Of a stretch of DNA of 64,000 nt, positions 52,401 to 64,000 are shown piece after piece. The translations under genes and the position numbers were made by a program. Every line of letters begins with the position of its first letter. The stretch's first letter is position 1. Below the pieces are notes generated by a model. That model was not told the DNA's origin, did no database searches, and was given only the letters and a program-made list of their open reading frames with translations. The stretch comes from Anthoceros angustus. Taxonomy: Eukaryota > Plantae > Anthocerotophyta. The stretch spans positions 1,612,001 through 1,676,000 of the forward strand of contig MU008169.1 in the NCBI GenBank assembly GCA_010909165.1, in the 5' to 3' direction.

Positions 52401-53269
52401 ATGGCTGCATCCTTGGCACGAATTCCTTACCGGGCTCCCTACCGATTGCTCCCAGCTCAAAGCTCGTCACGGGTCAGCTCTGGATCAGCTGGTGAGATTT
52501 GATTGATTGATGTTGCTCTAGTGGCACGAAGAGCAAATTGCGTCCTCTCCGACCTCAGATTTGCCGTGTTGTGTTCTCGTGTTCTTGACTACCAGATCTC
52601 CAGGCGGCTCTTGGCATCGTTCTTCCAGCGTCAAATTCTCATATCAGCGACGCCGTGGTTGCTCTTCAGGCCGGGCAGGTTATCGCCTTGCCGACAGACA
52701 CTCTGTACGGGCTTGCCTGCGATGCCTGTTCTGCCGCAGCCATAGCCAGGGTGTACGAAATCAAGCGCCGGAACAAGAGCAAGTCCTTGGCAGTCTGCGT
52801 TGCTGATGTCGGAGATGTGAGCCAGTACGCCGCCACGGCTCACCTTCCGGAGGGCCTTCTAGACGAGCTTCTCCCCGGGCCGGTGACTCTGGTTTTACCT
52901 CGCGGTGAGGTCAGTCTGTTACACCCGTCGTTGAACCCCGGGTTGCCAAGCATTGGAATCAGGATTCCGCAGAACGACTTCATCCGAGCCGTCGCTCGTT
53001 CCTTCAGCAGAGCACTGGCCCTGACCAGTGCCAACACCAGCGGGGAGATGAGCACCGTCAGTGTGGCTGAGTTCCAGGACCTGTGGCCGGATTGCGGGTA
53101 TGTGTTCGATGCGGGAACCTTGCCAGCTGGTAGGCTGGGTTCTACAATTATCGACCTCACAGTCCCCGGCAGGTATAAGATCACGCGCCCGGGAAGCGCC
53201 TTGGGACCAACCGAGACAGTTCTGCGACAGTGTGGTCTGGTCGGGGCCTCCGCCGTTGGTGACAGATGA
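52401..53269 (+). CDS. YRDC: YrdC/Sua5 threonylcarbamoyl-AMP synthase with N-terminal presequence; exons 52401-52491 and 52596-53269
   Basis: IALPTDTLYGLACD, EIKRR, LLPGPVTLVL, GIRIP, LALTSANTSG, GSTIIDL; a 104-bp GT-AG intron joins MAASLARIP... in frame. Confidence 0.9.
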
Positions 53270-54444
53270 TGCAGCGGGATTCGCACAAACCAGGAGATGA
53301 TGCAGCTGAGCCTTGAGGCACAAGGGGGGAACGAGTCGTGGGTTGTATGACATGCAGATTGGTGGGAGCTGCAGCCGGGGAATTGTTGTATACATCCCCA
53401 GGATGGCTGTTGTTCTGGAACCAGCGTCCATTGAAGGAAGGATGCACGGGCCTGCCTGGCTCGGCCCTGCATTGACGGATGAGACAGAAGGATGTGGATA
53501 TTGTTTCTATTGTGTGCCGAGACACAAGGATGTGGATATATACCTTATCACACAACATGAAGTGCCCTCCCGGTGACGCAGGATATGCCCAAACAAGGAG
53601 CTTCATCTTTCCCCACGTATGTCGCCGCACTGCGGCTGTAGCAGGGCCAAACAAACAATCCTCTGTCCGGTCCTGTTCCTATTATGTACAAACAAAACAT
53701 AAATATTGAAAATCACACAAGTAAAAAGTGAAGTTTCTGTACGCGGTCCAGGGGTCTGAGATCTGTCAACAGCCAAGACTAGGGACGTTTTGGTGCCAAG
53801 CGCTCTGATAGTTCAACGTTTGTTTTGTCTTGCCCATCTTGCATTCTAAAATGTGGTCGGAACCCGGCTTCTATGGGTCATAGAAGGGGCCAAGGGCCGG
53901 GTGCATACATAGTTACATGCATAGTGGGCGCCGGAGATGGAAGAATCAGGTATCAAGTGTACGAGTGCCACCGGTCTACTGGCGGCATGTGCCCGGGTGT
54001 TAAAGGGGCCAAGCTCTTGTTGCAACCCAGAAAAAGAAAACGAGAAACGGAATGCTAACGAAGGCAAATGCTTTCGGCTGCACGGTTGAACTTCTGTCAG
54101 GCTGAGACGATGCTTCCAGAATGTCTCCATCCATTCACACATTTGGTGAACAGTGGCTTGTGGAAAAATCTACGGAGTCTTACAACATGCAGCTGCGGAA
54201 ATTACATGTTTGCACCCTGTGTCTCCCTCGCCCTGCAGTCATGAAACAGTGAATTAGAACTTCAGAAAACAGAGCATCCTAAGTTGTAACCTCAAGCAAG
54301 TGGAGGGACACGAGGACTGAGCGTTTGGGAACTTTGGAATTCCATAGTGCACTCCATTATAGTGCCCAGGCATCTGCAGTCATATGCATATGTGGGTGGG
54401 CTCAGTCTGATTTGGCTGCCAGAAGCCAGCGCTGCTCAACCTTG

Positions 54445-56397
54445 TCAACGGCCATCTCCACAAGAACATCGTCCATCCTTGAAGTGATGCACGCAGTGTG
54501 CATCTCTCACAACAATCTCCCGAATTTCAATCCTGGAAATGATCTTAATTCCCCTATGGCAGTTGTCACACATCCGCAGGCTCTTTGTGACCAGCAGTGT
54601 TGTACCCTCAGGAGTGTTGAGAAGACCGAAAGCGTCTGCCAATTTCTCAGCATGTCCACATAGAGAATCTCCGTTGTCCTTATCAGATCATGGAACCGGG
54701 TGTGGCAATCCGATTTCCTCCTCCGCATGTCGTTTCAGACTTTTTAGTTTCAGTGCGACATCATCGGTCATCCTTCCCACTGTGAACTCATGCACCTTGC
54801 CATTCACTTCAATCAGGGCCTTTGCACGCTTCTTCTCGGCACCAGCAGCTTTAATGAGACTATCTATGTTCTCATCTGCCCACCTGCCAGCAATTGCGTA
54901 GAGGTCTGACATGAGTGAATAGCTAGCAGACTGCTGAGGTTCTAGTTGTATGAGGCGGTCGAAACAGCGCTTGCCTATCTCCACATTCTGCTGAGTCCTG
55001 CAAGCACTCATCAAAGCCATCCAACCCACGATATCTTGGTTGGATGGCATGGCCTGTAGCATAGCCTCTGCGTCCGCTACCCGCCCTGACCTGCCAAGCA
55101 TATCAACTATGCAGGTTATGTGAGCTACTGTGGGCATGATGTCATACTCTTCCGTCATCACCCTGAAGTACTGCAAACCCTCATCCACCAGGCCCACATG
55201 ACTGCATGCCACAAAAAGAATGGCAAAGGTTGAGTGATCAGGATCGACTCCATGTGGTCGCATCTCTTGAAAGCACTGCATTGCCATCTTACAGCCATTG
55301 TGCTGGCCATACCCGTTGATTAATGCATTCCAAGTGACCACGTTTTTGCAAGAGAGCCCATCAAACACATTCTGAGCTGTGTCCATTCTCCCAAATTTGG
55401 CCTACATGTCAACCAGGGCACTTCCAACAAAAGCATCTGCCTCCAATGTGCTGTCCTCGATCTGAGCATGAACCTGGTGGCCTTCCCGTATGGTCCTGTG
55501 CTGCCACAAGCTTGGAGAACACTGACATTTTTGAACTTGTCGGGAGTGATGCCCTCTTGCTGTTTTCTTGCAAATAGTTCAAGCGATTCCTGACCATGAC
55601 CCTCCTGTGCGTATACAGTAATCATGGCACTCCATGTAACCACATCTTTGACGAGCACCTCATCAAAAACTTTGCGAGCACCCTCCAGGCTCCCACACTT
55701 GGCATACATGTCGATCAGACTGTTTCCAATCACTAAATCTGCTTCGAGCCCTCTCTCCAAAATATCTGCATGGAACTTCTTGCCCATCTGAAGGTCTCCT
55801 CTGCTGATACATGCTCTCAGCAACCTTGCTAGTGTGAAATTGTCTCCACACACTCAAGGGCCCCCTGAGCACGGCCATGCTGGACATACCCTGTAATCAT
55901 GGCACTACAGGTCTCTACACTCTTGCTTGGTTGTCTGCCAAACACTTTGCGAGCATCTTCCAGGCTGCCGCACTTGGCATACAGGTCAACTAGGGTGCTC
56001 CCCACGTACTCATTGTCTCCAGCCCACTGTCCACTACATCACCATGTACATGCTTCCCTGATGCCAAATCTGCTGCTCTAGCACATGCTTTCAGGGCCGC
56101 CACGAATACATATCTATCCGGCTCCATAGCAGATTGACGCATCCTCCTGTACAATTCCTTAGCGTGTTCAGGCCTGAAATGATCAGATATGATGGCGCTC
56201 CAAGCAAACACATTCGGAGCAGGCAGTTGCCTAAACACCTCTGTTGCTTCCGACAAACTGCCCTGAGAGGCATACATCCGGATGATGTGATTAGTCGAAA
56301 ATGCATTGCCCTCGTACCCACTTCTCACAATCAGATCATGAACCTGCTCAGAATAGGATCCTTCTTTGCAATGCAGCCATTCAGAACGCTGTACCAA
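54445..56397 (-). pseudogene. Disrupted PLS-PPR gene with DYW:KP-type deaminase
   Basis: PPR motifs split over several frames; KKRAKALIEVNGKVHEFTVG; in-frame TGA at 54688-54690; then [32 protein letters not shown]. Confidence 0.85.
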
Positions 56398-56776
56398 ATG
56401 TCTCTAGAAACAAAGGATCGTTGAAAAACCATGAGTTGCGAAGCTTAGCTAACAGCCTCATCAAGTTGTCCTTGTCCTTCCACACAGAGTTTCTGCCAAA
56501 CTTGATCACACATGGGTCCATCTTTCCTTGCCACCCTGCGTGACGACAACACGATTTGTCAATGGCCACAACAAGGGCAAAACCAACATACGTATCGGGA
56601 ATGCCGAGAACAGACACTTATACCTTCTAACATGGTAGGATGGCCTACCAGGATGTCCCGTCCACGATTCTGCCGCTTGTGCCCATGAAGAGCTGGCCCG
56701 AGTGTGACGGACATAAGGATTACTGCCTTGGTCTGGACTTTTGAGTCCGCTCACTGGTCCGTCTGTCGCGGTGCTC

Positions 56777-57290
56777 ATGGAGTTCTGCCCAACCTGTGCG
56801 AATCTGCTCCAGCTGGAGCATTCTACGGAAACCGGGCATCTGCAATTCTATTGCCCAACTTTTCCCCACATCTACCGCATCGACCGCAAGGTGCCCACAT
56901 CCTACAGCCTTGTTTCCTTACACGGTGTTGCCTGTTGTGGAAGAATCTCTGAAAGAGAGTTGTTATTGGGTGGATGTTGCTTGGACGTGCAGATAAGTAG
57001 GAAGTTGTCTCTGTCTCAAAAGGAGGTGGACGATGTCCTCGGTGGAGACGATGCTTGGAAGAACGTGGACCGAACTGAAGGCAAGCCTGTGTTTGCGCGT
57101 GTGCCTGGAAATCGTGTTCTTCATACTGACTTTTACAAGGAGGCTTGTTTTGTGTGCAGTCACATGTCCAAAGTGTGGCCATGGACATGCCTACTTCATG
57201 CAGATTCAGATTAGGTCGGCCGATGAGCCTATGACCACCTTCTTCAAATGTTGCAACAACAACTGTATGTATCAGTGGAGAGAAGGCTGA
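56777..57290 (+). CDS. RPC11: RNA polymerase III subunit C11 (TFIIS-like zinc ribbons); 3 exons
   Basis: MEFCPTCANLL; KEVDDVLGGDDAWKNVDRTE; CPKCGHGHAYFMQIQIRSADEPMTTFFKCCNNNCMYQWREG*. Confidence 0.92.
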
Positions 57291-57837
57291 AGAAGCCATT
57301 CTGGGAGCTCTTTCCCCTCATAGGCCTAGCAACGGCTTCTAATTCTTTCTGTAGTGGACGAACAAGGCTTTTGATTGCGCGATGGACATGTCAATAAAAA
57401 GAATACTGGTATAGTTGCTTTTAGGATATGACACACCTGTGAACTACTTTAATAGCTCAAATCTTAACAATACAAATATGTGCCTATAACAGGCTTGTTG
57501 CCAAACTTTGACAATGTTTTTGAGCTAGTTTAATCATCGGCTGAGATTTTCCAGCATCAAAGAATCCTTGTCGCCTCTAACCCTAGGACAGCATGACGAG
57601 TAGGGAGTCCATACGTGACAACAGAACCGGAACCTGTGTCAGGAATTGGCGCTAATGCTTGACCAAGGAGGTGATTGGCCCGATTAACCTCCTGACTGCT
57701 CCGTGACTCCCTTGCAGGACGACGGTGAGTCCGAAGTCATGGAGAAACGGATCACAGGCAGCTAGTGTCCATGGCTGCAGAACAAGAACTGACTCACTCA
57801 GATCAGACACTCACGACTCACACAGCTCCAACACTGT

Positions 57838-58554
57838 TCAAATAACACGTTCGAGAGTGCAGCCATCATCCCGGCACTCTATCCAAGAGTAAACATGCTC
57901 CAAGAAAGACTTGTCCTGAGGTCGGTCCTTCCTTCTCACATAGGTTGCTGCCTCCTGCTCCGTGTAAGCGACAATGTGAGGAGCTTGCACCATACCGGGA
58001 GTGTAATGAGGATCAGCAAAATAAGCCTCGGCTTCGAATTCCAGCGACCTGCATACGCTCGGGTCCTGCGCCAGGGCCTCGAGAGGCGGGGCCAGCTGCA
58101 GATCGGTGAGCAGCACCGGGCACCTGACATAGTGTCCTTTCCCCACGCCTTCCAGATCATCCAGCTTCCCCAGCGCAACGCTGTCTACCTCATACACCTC
58201 TCCTCGCACTCGGTGGCCTTCGGACGGTATGTTGAGCAGAAAAGGCACCTGGAACGGTCCACACACCAGAGGGAACCGCGTCCTGGTGGACGCCACTCCG
58301 ACGAACCGCGCGTGTCCGCTCGCAAGCTGCTCCTCCATGAGCCAGTGGTTGCCGAAGCCTCTTTTCAGTGTGCCGTACACAAAGGCCAGCGTGCAGGGAG
58401 GAGCCAGCAGCTTGGCCTCATCCTTGGCCGAAGTGAGCGTCCAGCCGTCTACAAGGGCCCTTTGTGAGTTGTCCGTTGCACCTTCTGCCCCCGGCCCGGC
58501 CTTGGTCAGAAACACCACGGGAGACAGCATTTGGTGCGAAATTGCACTCGCCAT
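57838..58554 (-). CDS. Gamma-glutamylcyclotransferase (AIG2-like), intronless
   Basis: AFVYGTLKRGFGNHWLM; PLVCGPFQVPFLLN; VRGEVYEV; LDDLEG; ATG at 58554. Confidence 0.9.
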   Translation of the reverse strand: MASAISHQMLSPVVFLTKAGPGAEGATDNSQRALVDGWTLTSAKDEAKLLAPPCTLAFVYGTLKRGFGNHWLMEEQLASGHARFVGVASTRTRFPLVCGPFQVPFLLNIPSEGHRVRGEVYEVDSVALGKLDDLEGVGKGHYVRCPVLLTDLQLAPPLEALAQDPSVCRSLEFEAEAYFADPHYTPGMVQAPHIVAYTEQEAATYVRRKDRPQDKSFLEHVYSWIECRDDGCTLERVI

Positions 58555-59237
58555 TGCACGCCTTGCCTTCCAACTTCAGCTCCAGCCAGCCCCGTTACTC
58601 CTGCGATGGCAATGGCGTGCTCCGTGATGAGCAGGAGCTGCTGCAGCACACCCCATATACGGAGGAAGGACGGCACACGCCACAACTGCCTTGTCACGGC
58701 ACCGGCGGCGGCCACCACTCGCCGTGCACGGTGGAGACCGCCTGCGGTCAGCAGCCGCACAGCTCCCAGCCGCCGCGTACCGCTCAAAACTTCTGCCCGC
58801 GACGATTCCGATTTTCTACCGATTTTCTATTTTCTCGTCCCCACAACGATTTGATATGATTTTTACAAGGGGAAGCACATGAATCAAACCTTTTTATAAT
58901 TGTTCGCTAGTTCCTAGTTTATGCGGTTTCCTATTTCTTAGTTTGTTTATTTGTTAGCTGCTAGTTTACATTCGTCCTTTTTTAGCTTCGTTCATTTTCT
59001 AATTACAGTTATGTACACTCATTTTCTATTTGCGAGGTTACTGTTGGTTAGGTTCCTTTGAAGTTATTATGTTATGTCTTTTAGTTACTCAATTATGATA
59101 ATATTTTTAGGTATTATTTTACTCCTTGACGAGTTAACTAAGGCAGCAATTGTATTTTTGTCTCACAGCCGATACTTTTTTTTATAGTATTTTGAGGGAG
59201 ATTGATTAGCTGATTGAGGATGACACCAGCTTTGTCG

Positions 59238-60250
59238 AAGTATATGCATTCTTTTGGTCGAGCTTCATTAACTCATTGAAATTCGCACCATATGCTTTCA
59301 CAATCATTGTTGTCGCTTCTTTGCCATGCTTCTTGCATTCTTTAGGTTGAGCTTAATTAACTTGCATTCTTTTTGTTGAGCTTAATCAACTCGCTGTCCC
59401 ACGAGGTAAGCACCTTTTCATATAAGCATTTCCTCGACAAACAACCAAGCAACAATTCTAATACGCAGATATAGGTGCAACCCAATAACAACAGGAGGGA
59501 GTAGTTCGGACATCGTGGCACAAACACACTCTCCCCCACAAGAACAACACGCAAATTCCTCACACATCGCTCTCGGAGTCATAGCTTTGGCCTCCTCACA
59601 ACGCTCTTGCATTGCATATCTAGAGGACAAGCTATGATCTGAGCTTGTCCTCAAGGTCTATATATACTAGCCCTTGGCATTGGCATATTCCTAAGATATC
59701 CTATTGGCATCAGCATATGCCGGAAATATCCTAAGAATACACTATAATATGCAATGAATATGCGAAAGCATATTACTTGAGCTTATCCACTTAGCTATTG
59801 TATTCTATTGTATCCTAAGAATACACTATAATATGCAAGGAATATGCCAAAGCATATTACTTGAGCTTATTCACTTAGCTATTGCTAACCATATTTAATT
59901 AACAATAAATCAATGCTTATTAACATAAACACCTTAGATTATTAACACTAATCAATGCTTAATTAACATAAGCACATTAGATTAATTAACACTAATTACT
60001 TACTTAAAGATAAGTAATTGGATTATTTAATGCTAATTAAACACTAAACCCAAGTGCAGAGATTAGTATCACACGCATGACCAGCTCTATCAAAGTATAT
60101 GCACTCTTTTTGTTGAGCTTCGTTAACTCATTGAAATTCACACCATATGCTTTCACAATCATTGTTGTCGCTTCTTTGCCGTGCTTCTTGCATTCTTTAG
60201 GTTGAACTTAATTAACTTGCATTCTTTTTGTTGAGCTAAACTAACTCGCC
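59238..60250 (+). repeat. AT-rich repeat region: direct repeat of about 158 bp (59238-59395 and 60093-60250) and an internal duplication of about 75 bp (59731-59885); likely TE remnant
   Basis: AAGTATATGCA...TTAACTCATTGAAATTC...CAATCATTGTTGTCGCTTCTTTGCC twice; CCTAAGAATACACTATAATATGCAA...TTAGCTATTG twice. Confidence 0.8.
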
Positions 60251-60785
60251 AAAGTTGGCACCAGCTGCTTCACAATCATTACTACCGCTTCTTGTCTTCT
60301 TTTTTTTAGCTTAATTAGCTCATTGAGACTCTCACCATTTGCGCCTGAAGGAATTGAAACTTAAAGGAAATTTGGAAAGGTGAATAAACATATACATTTG
60401 CACCCGAGTGTCTAGATCTAAAGTTCTGACTCATCACATCTTACTTTCTTACTGTCCACGCCTTCATCCCCTAGCCCACTTAGGCTCCCTCCACTCTTGC
60501 TCGGGGAAGAGAGCAAGCTCGTGGCTTCTGGCTCAGCTTTGCATCCAGGCTTTCCCAATCACACCGGCATCTTTTTCTACAATGATGATAATCTGTCTGG
60601 GTTTGGCCCAACCTCTTGCCTGCTCTCTCAATTTGCAGCTGTAGGGCCTCTCTTGACGACTTAAGGACCCACCTAGCTCACTGTCCCGCAAATGGGCAAC
60701 GCATTGCTACGCCCGACGCTGTTTGTGACGTCATGTTCTCGATGGCAAAGGAGAGTGAGTTCTTTCCCTATCGAGAGCGCCTACA

Positions 60786-63175
60786 TAAAAGCAATTAGAA
60801 TTGCTGTTGGATCATGAGCGGTGACCAGAGCCAAGTGCACGGGAGAGACAGGAAGAGCACGAGCGAACGTGCGTGTATCAGGAAAGAGTACAGTATTGAC
60901 AAAGCAGAAAGATACTTATACATGTTTGTAGAGAGCGGTTTAATAACCGTCAGTCTAGCTGGAAATACTAAACTACCTAATAGCTGTTCATGAGACGGGC
61001 TAACTGGAGTAGAATGACGTAAACTGAAAGGCTATTCCCAATACTCCCACTTAGTTGCAGTATTTTCAAAGTGGAAATTTAGACTGAAATATCCGTCCCT
61101 CACATGCAAGCTGTGACGAGTGCAGAATGAAAACACATGCCAAACGAGGTCGCGTTCTAGCTCACTTCAGTCCGCTTGCAATTACACTCCAGCACGCTCT
61201 AAGAACGGCATCTATGGCTACCTTCAGTCCCATAGAAATGGTTCTTCTCTTGATCACAGTATTTATTCTCTGCTTCTTCCGGAGCTGACTGTCCTCTACT
61301 CCTCCTCGCAAGTGCGCGCATCCAAGGCTTGAGTGGAGGATGATCACGTCGAGGTTCTCCTCCCTTCTTCTTGCGACAGTCCCGTTCATAGTGCCCAGGA
61401 ATTTTGCACCAATTGCAAACAAACGTCTTGTTGTTGTTGTTGCCAACTGTACGTGGTGGCTGTGTGTGGGAGCCACGTCCTCTGCCCCTACCACGAAAGC
61501 CTCCGCGTCCTCTTGAGGTGAATAGTACTCTGGTATTACTAGAAGTAGAACCCTTTTGCTTGCTGAAGCTCCGAGTACGCTCCCCAGAAATAAGGGCCCC
61601 AATAACATCCTCAAGAGTTACCTTGGGTGTTTGACCAGAAGCTGTCGCTTGCACAGCAGAGTTGATTGTGGCATTCTGGCTGGCCACAAAGTACTGATAG
61701 TTCTCTGGTAATGAGGCCAAGAGACTGATAGCTGCTTGAACTTCTGACAGCACAGTGCCACAAAAAGCAAGATTAGCCCGTGATGTGCGAAACTTGTTGA
61801 TGTAGGCCTCAACAGGCTCATTCTCTCGCATCCTCAGGTTGAAAAAGTCTCTGTGCGCATGCACAAGAGAGGCTGAACTCTTATCCTGATAGATAGACTG
61901 GAAGACTTCCCAAACAGCTGTGGAAGTCTTGGCTCCTATTGTATGAGGCATCATGGTTTTATCTAAAGCAGTAATGAGAATTGAGCGAGCACGACGATCC
62001 TTCCGCTCCCAAGCTAGTATCTCATCTGCACTTCTAGCAGGTACTGTGACCTTGGGGTCTGTGCCGTCCACGACGGACATCAGCTCATGCTCCTCAAATA
62101 TTTGAGTTAGCCTCATGACCCAGATATTGTAATCTGTGCCATTGAACCTATCCTTGTCCTTGAATTCTATCTTCAAAGGAGCAGGATTTGTAGCCATGTT
62201 GACAAGAGCAACAGGCCTCAGGAAACTGTTCAAGACCAACTGAAGTTGACGCTGTCTATCTATATGTCGTAAATTCTCTGGGGAGAAATCCCAAAGAGAA
62301 TATGTGGAAGCATCAGCAAAGAGGAATGAAATATCATCAACAAATTCATCATCTGAGTCTGAGCTTTCCGACATAAACAAAAGATATGCTCACAGCATGG
62401 TGCGTTGCACCTGTGGACGTCTCCGAGAAGAGTTGGCAGACATAGGTGTGGGCTCCAACTTCGAAAGCTCTTCACACAGCTGATTGAGATCGTGAATGCT
62501 GTCTGTAAGCTTCTCGATGAAGATCCACTGTGCTCTGTTGTGCTCCCGTAAGGCTGAAAGTTTGTCCTAGTTGACAGTCTCGCTCTCAAAAATGCGTCTT
62601 GGAGTCGTGGATGTCCGAGGAAAATGGGCGCTCTGAGTTACACGAGTGAGTGCAAGTGTGACCACAGAAAAATGCTGGGGGCGATCGCGATTCCTCCTAG
62701 CCGGCACTACCACCCTCCTTTCCGCAGATCTGCAATCAGGGCAAACCACTTGATGCTCCGAATACACAAAGGTAGGACGCTTCACTGGTTTGCTGGAGAA
62801 TCTCGGAAGAGGAGGTGGATTTCCTCGTCTTGGCATCGTGACTCCGGGGCGCCGAGATCAGGATGCGTCAGATGCATTGACATCCATCGCGCACGCCCAA
62901 ACCTGGCTCTGATACCATAAAAGCAATTAGAATTGCTGTTGGATCATGAGCGGTGACCAGAGCCAAGTGCACGGGAGAGACGGGAAGAGCGCGAGCGAAC
63001 GTGTGTGTACCAAGAAAGAGTACAGTATTGATAAAGCAGAAAGATACTTATACATGTTTGTAGAGAGCGGTTTAATAACCGTCAGTCTAGCTGGAAATAC
63101 TAAACTACCTAATAGCCGTTCATGAGACGGGCTAACTGGAGTAGAATGACGTAAACTGAAAGGCTATTCCCAATA
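60786..63175 (-). mobile_element. Non-autonomous Ty1/copia-type LTR retrotransposon, gag only, 2390 bp
   Basis: 258-bp LTRs at 60786-61043 and 62918-63175; PBS TGGTATCAGAGC (62906-62917); PPT AAGTGGGAG (61044-61052); TSD CTACA/CTACG. Confidence 0.93.
61199..62380 (-). CDS. Copia Gag (UBN2-type with CCHC zinc knuckle)
   Basis: FNGTDYNIWVMRL...WERKDRRARSILITAL...FFNLRMRENEPVEAYINKF...LLASLPENY; CNWCKIPGHYERDC. Confidence 0.88.
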   Translation of the reverse strand: MFMSESSDSDDEFVDDISFLFADASTYSLWDFSPENLRHIDRQRQLQLVLNSFLRPVALVNMATNPAPLKIEFKDKDRFNGTDYNIWVMRLTQIFEEHELMSVVDGTDPKVTVPARSADEILAWERKDRRARSILITALDKTMMPHTIGAKTSTAVWEVFQSIYQDKSSASLVHAHRDFFNLRMRENEPVEAYINKFRTSRANLAFCGTVLSEVQAAISLLASLPENYQYFVASQNATINSAVQATASGQTPKVTLEDVIGALISGERTRSFSKQKGSTSSNTRVLFTSRGRGGFRGRGRGRGSHTQPPRTVGNNNNKTFVCNWCKIPGHYERDCRKKKGGEPRRDHPPLKPWMRALARRSRGQSAPEEAENKYCDQEKNHFYGTEGSHRCRS

Positions 63176-64000
63176 CTACGTACATACTCTACTCAATGGC
63201 GTTTCTCTCAGGGTAATATGTTTTTGACCCGGGGGAACTAGATTTTTGTTGCAGGTGTGCTTGTAATAGACCCAACTCGGGGACACTGTCTGCGAGCATG
63301 TTATCCTCAACCCTCCGGGTTGGGCAGCGGAGGTATGTGCGACAACGTAGGTCCACAAGTACTCTCTCATGCAGGGCCCCTAGCCACGCCTTCATCCCCC
63401 TTACCATTGAGACTCGCGGATTCATGGGTAAGGATTTCTCAAAGTTCATCAAGGCTAAGTAATACCACTGTCGCAAGAATGGGATTGGTCTCGCTCTTTC
63501 TTGTACAATGGCTTTTTCTAGGCAACGAGCGTCCATCGTCCTGCAAAGGGCATTGGCCAACGCAGTGTACAGAACAATAGCAAACGCAGGGGATGTGGCA
63601 TGGTCGGCACCAATGGTAGGTAAGTCCTTCTATATTCTAGACTAATATATTATCGAAGCAATAAGTAATTTCAAGATGGGCGATCGCAGGTGCTAGTCCC
63701 TCTTGGCCCGTGCCCTCTTGTAGAGTGCCAAACCTGATGTTCATACCCCCGGCAGCTTGTTTTAGGCTTGTTTTGTTTTTTTTGGGTTGTTACTTTTTAA
63801 TACGGATAGGTGGAGTTAGCTAATAAGGCCGTTTCGGCCAAATTGCACTTAGAGTGCAATCCCTAGACCTTAGGTCCATTGGGGCCGAACTGGCCCAACG
63901 AGTGCTAGACTGGTCCATCGAGACAAGGTGATCTGGCGAAGGGAGAGATATAGCCCGTTAAGAGAGGAGGTTGCCGGAGTAAGTCCGTTGAAGTGTGCCT

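Noticed and set aside
54180-54215. TCSCGNY resembling a DYW terminus on the + strand
   Set aside because: No upstream HxE, CxxC or PPR motifs; likely chance.
54688-54690. In-frame TGA repaired by U-to-C editing of its own mRNA
   Set aside because: Plant PPR editing is organellar and this locus is nuclear with additional frameshifts; an ordinary nonsense change is more likely.
63189-63560. 123-aa ORF next to the copia insertion
   Set aside because: Unrecognised; joining the flanks across the TSD did not give an extended frame. Probably older TE DNA.

Overview
Eukaryotic land-plant nuclear DNA. Genes are dense and GC-rich with short (about 60-110 bp) GT-AG introns. The PLS-type PPR genes with DYW:KP/GRP and WW C-termini fit a hornwort best; a fern or lycophyte is not excluded (inference). 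About 15 conserved genes are supported: MFSD12-like, thioredoxin-like, nucleolin, SERF, spastin, TORTIFOLIA1-like, an organellar RRM protein, COG3, a GT31 galactosyltransferase, a plastid membrane protein, GPN1, DDX42/RH24, YrdC, RPC11 and a gamma-glutamylcyclotransferase. Four PPR RNA-editing-factor loci are present: one intact DYW:KP gene (candidate U-to-C editor), one WW-type gene truncated at E+, and two pseudogenes (GRP-ending and KP-type). A TE-rich island at about 26.7-39.9 kb holds chromovirus remnants, TE-associated ORFs, tandem arrays, a solo LTR, fragments of both flanking genes, and a spliced orphan secreted Cys-rich gene not shown whole in the ORF track. A gag-only copia-type element with non-canonical TA...TA LTR ends lies at 60.8-63.2 kb. 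Several local duplicates carry many 1-2 nt indels, so some frameshifts may be assembly errors. All identifications come from motif recognition; no database searches were run.
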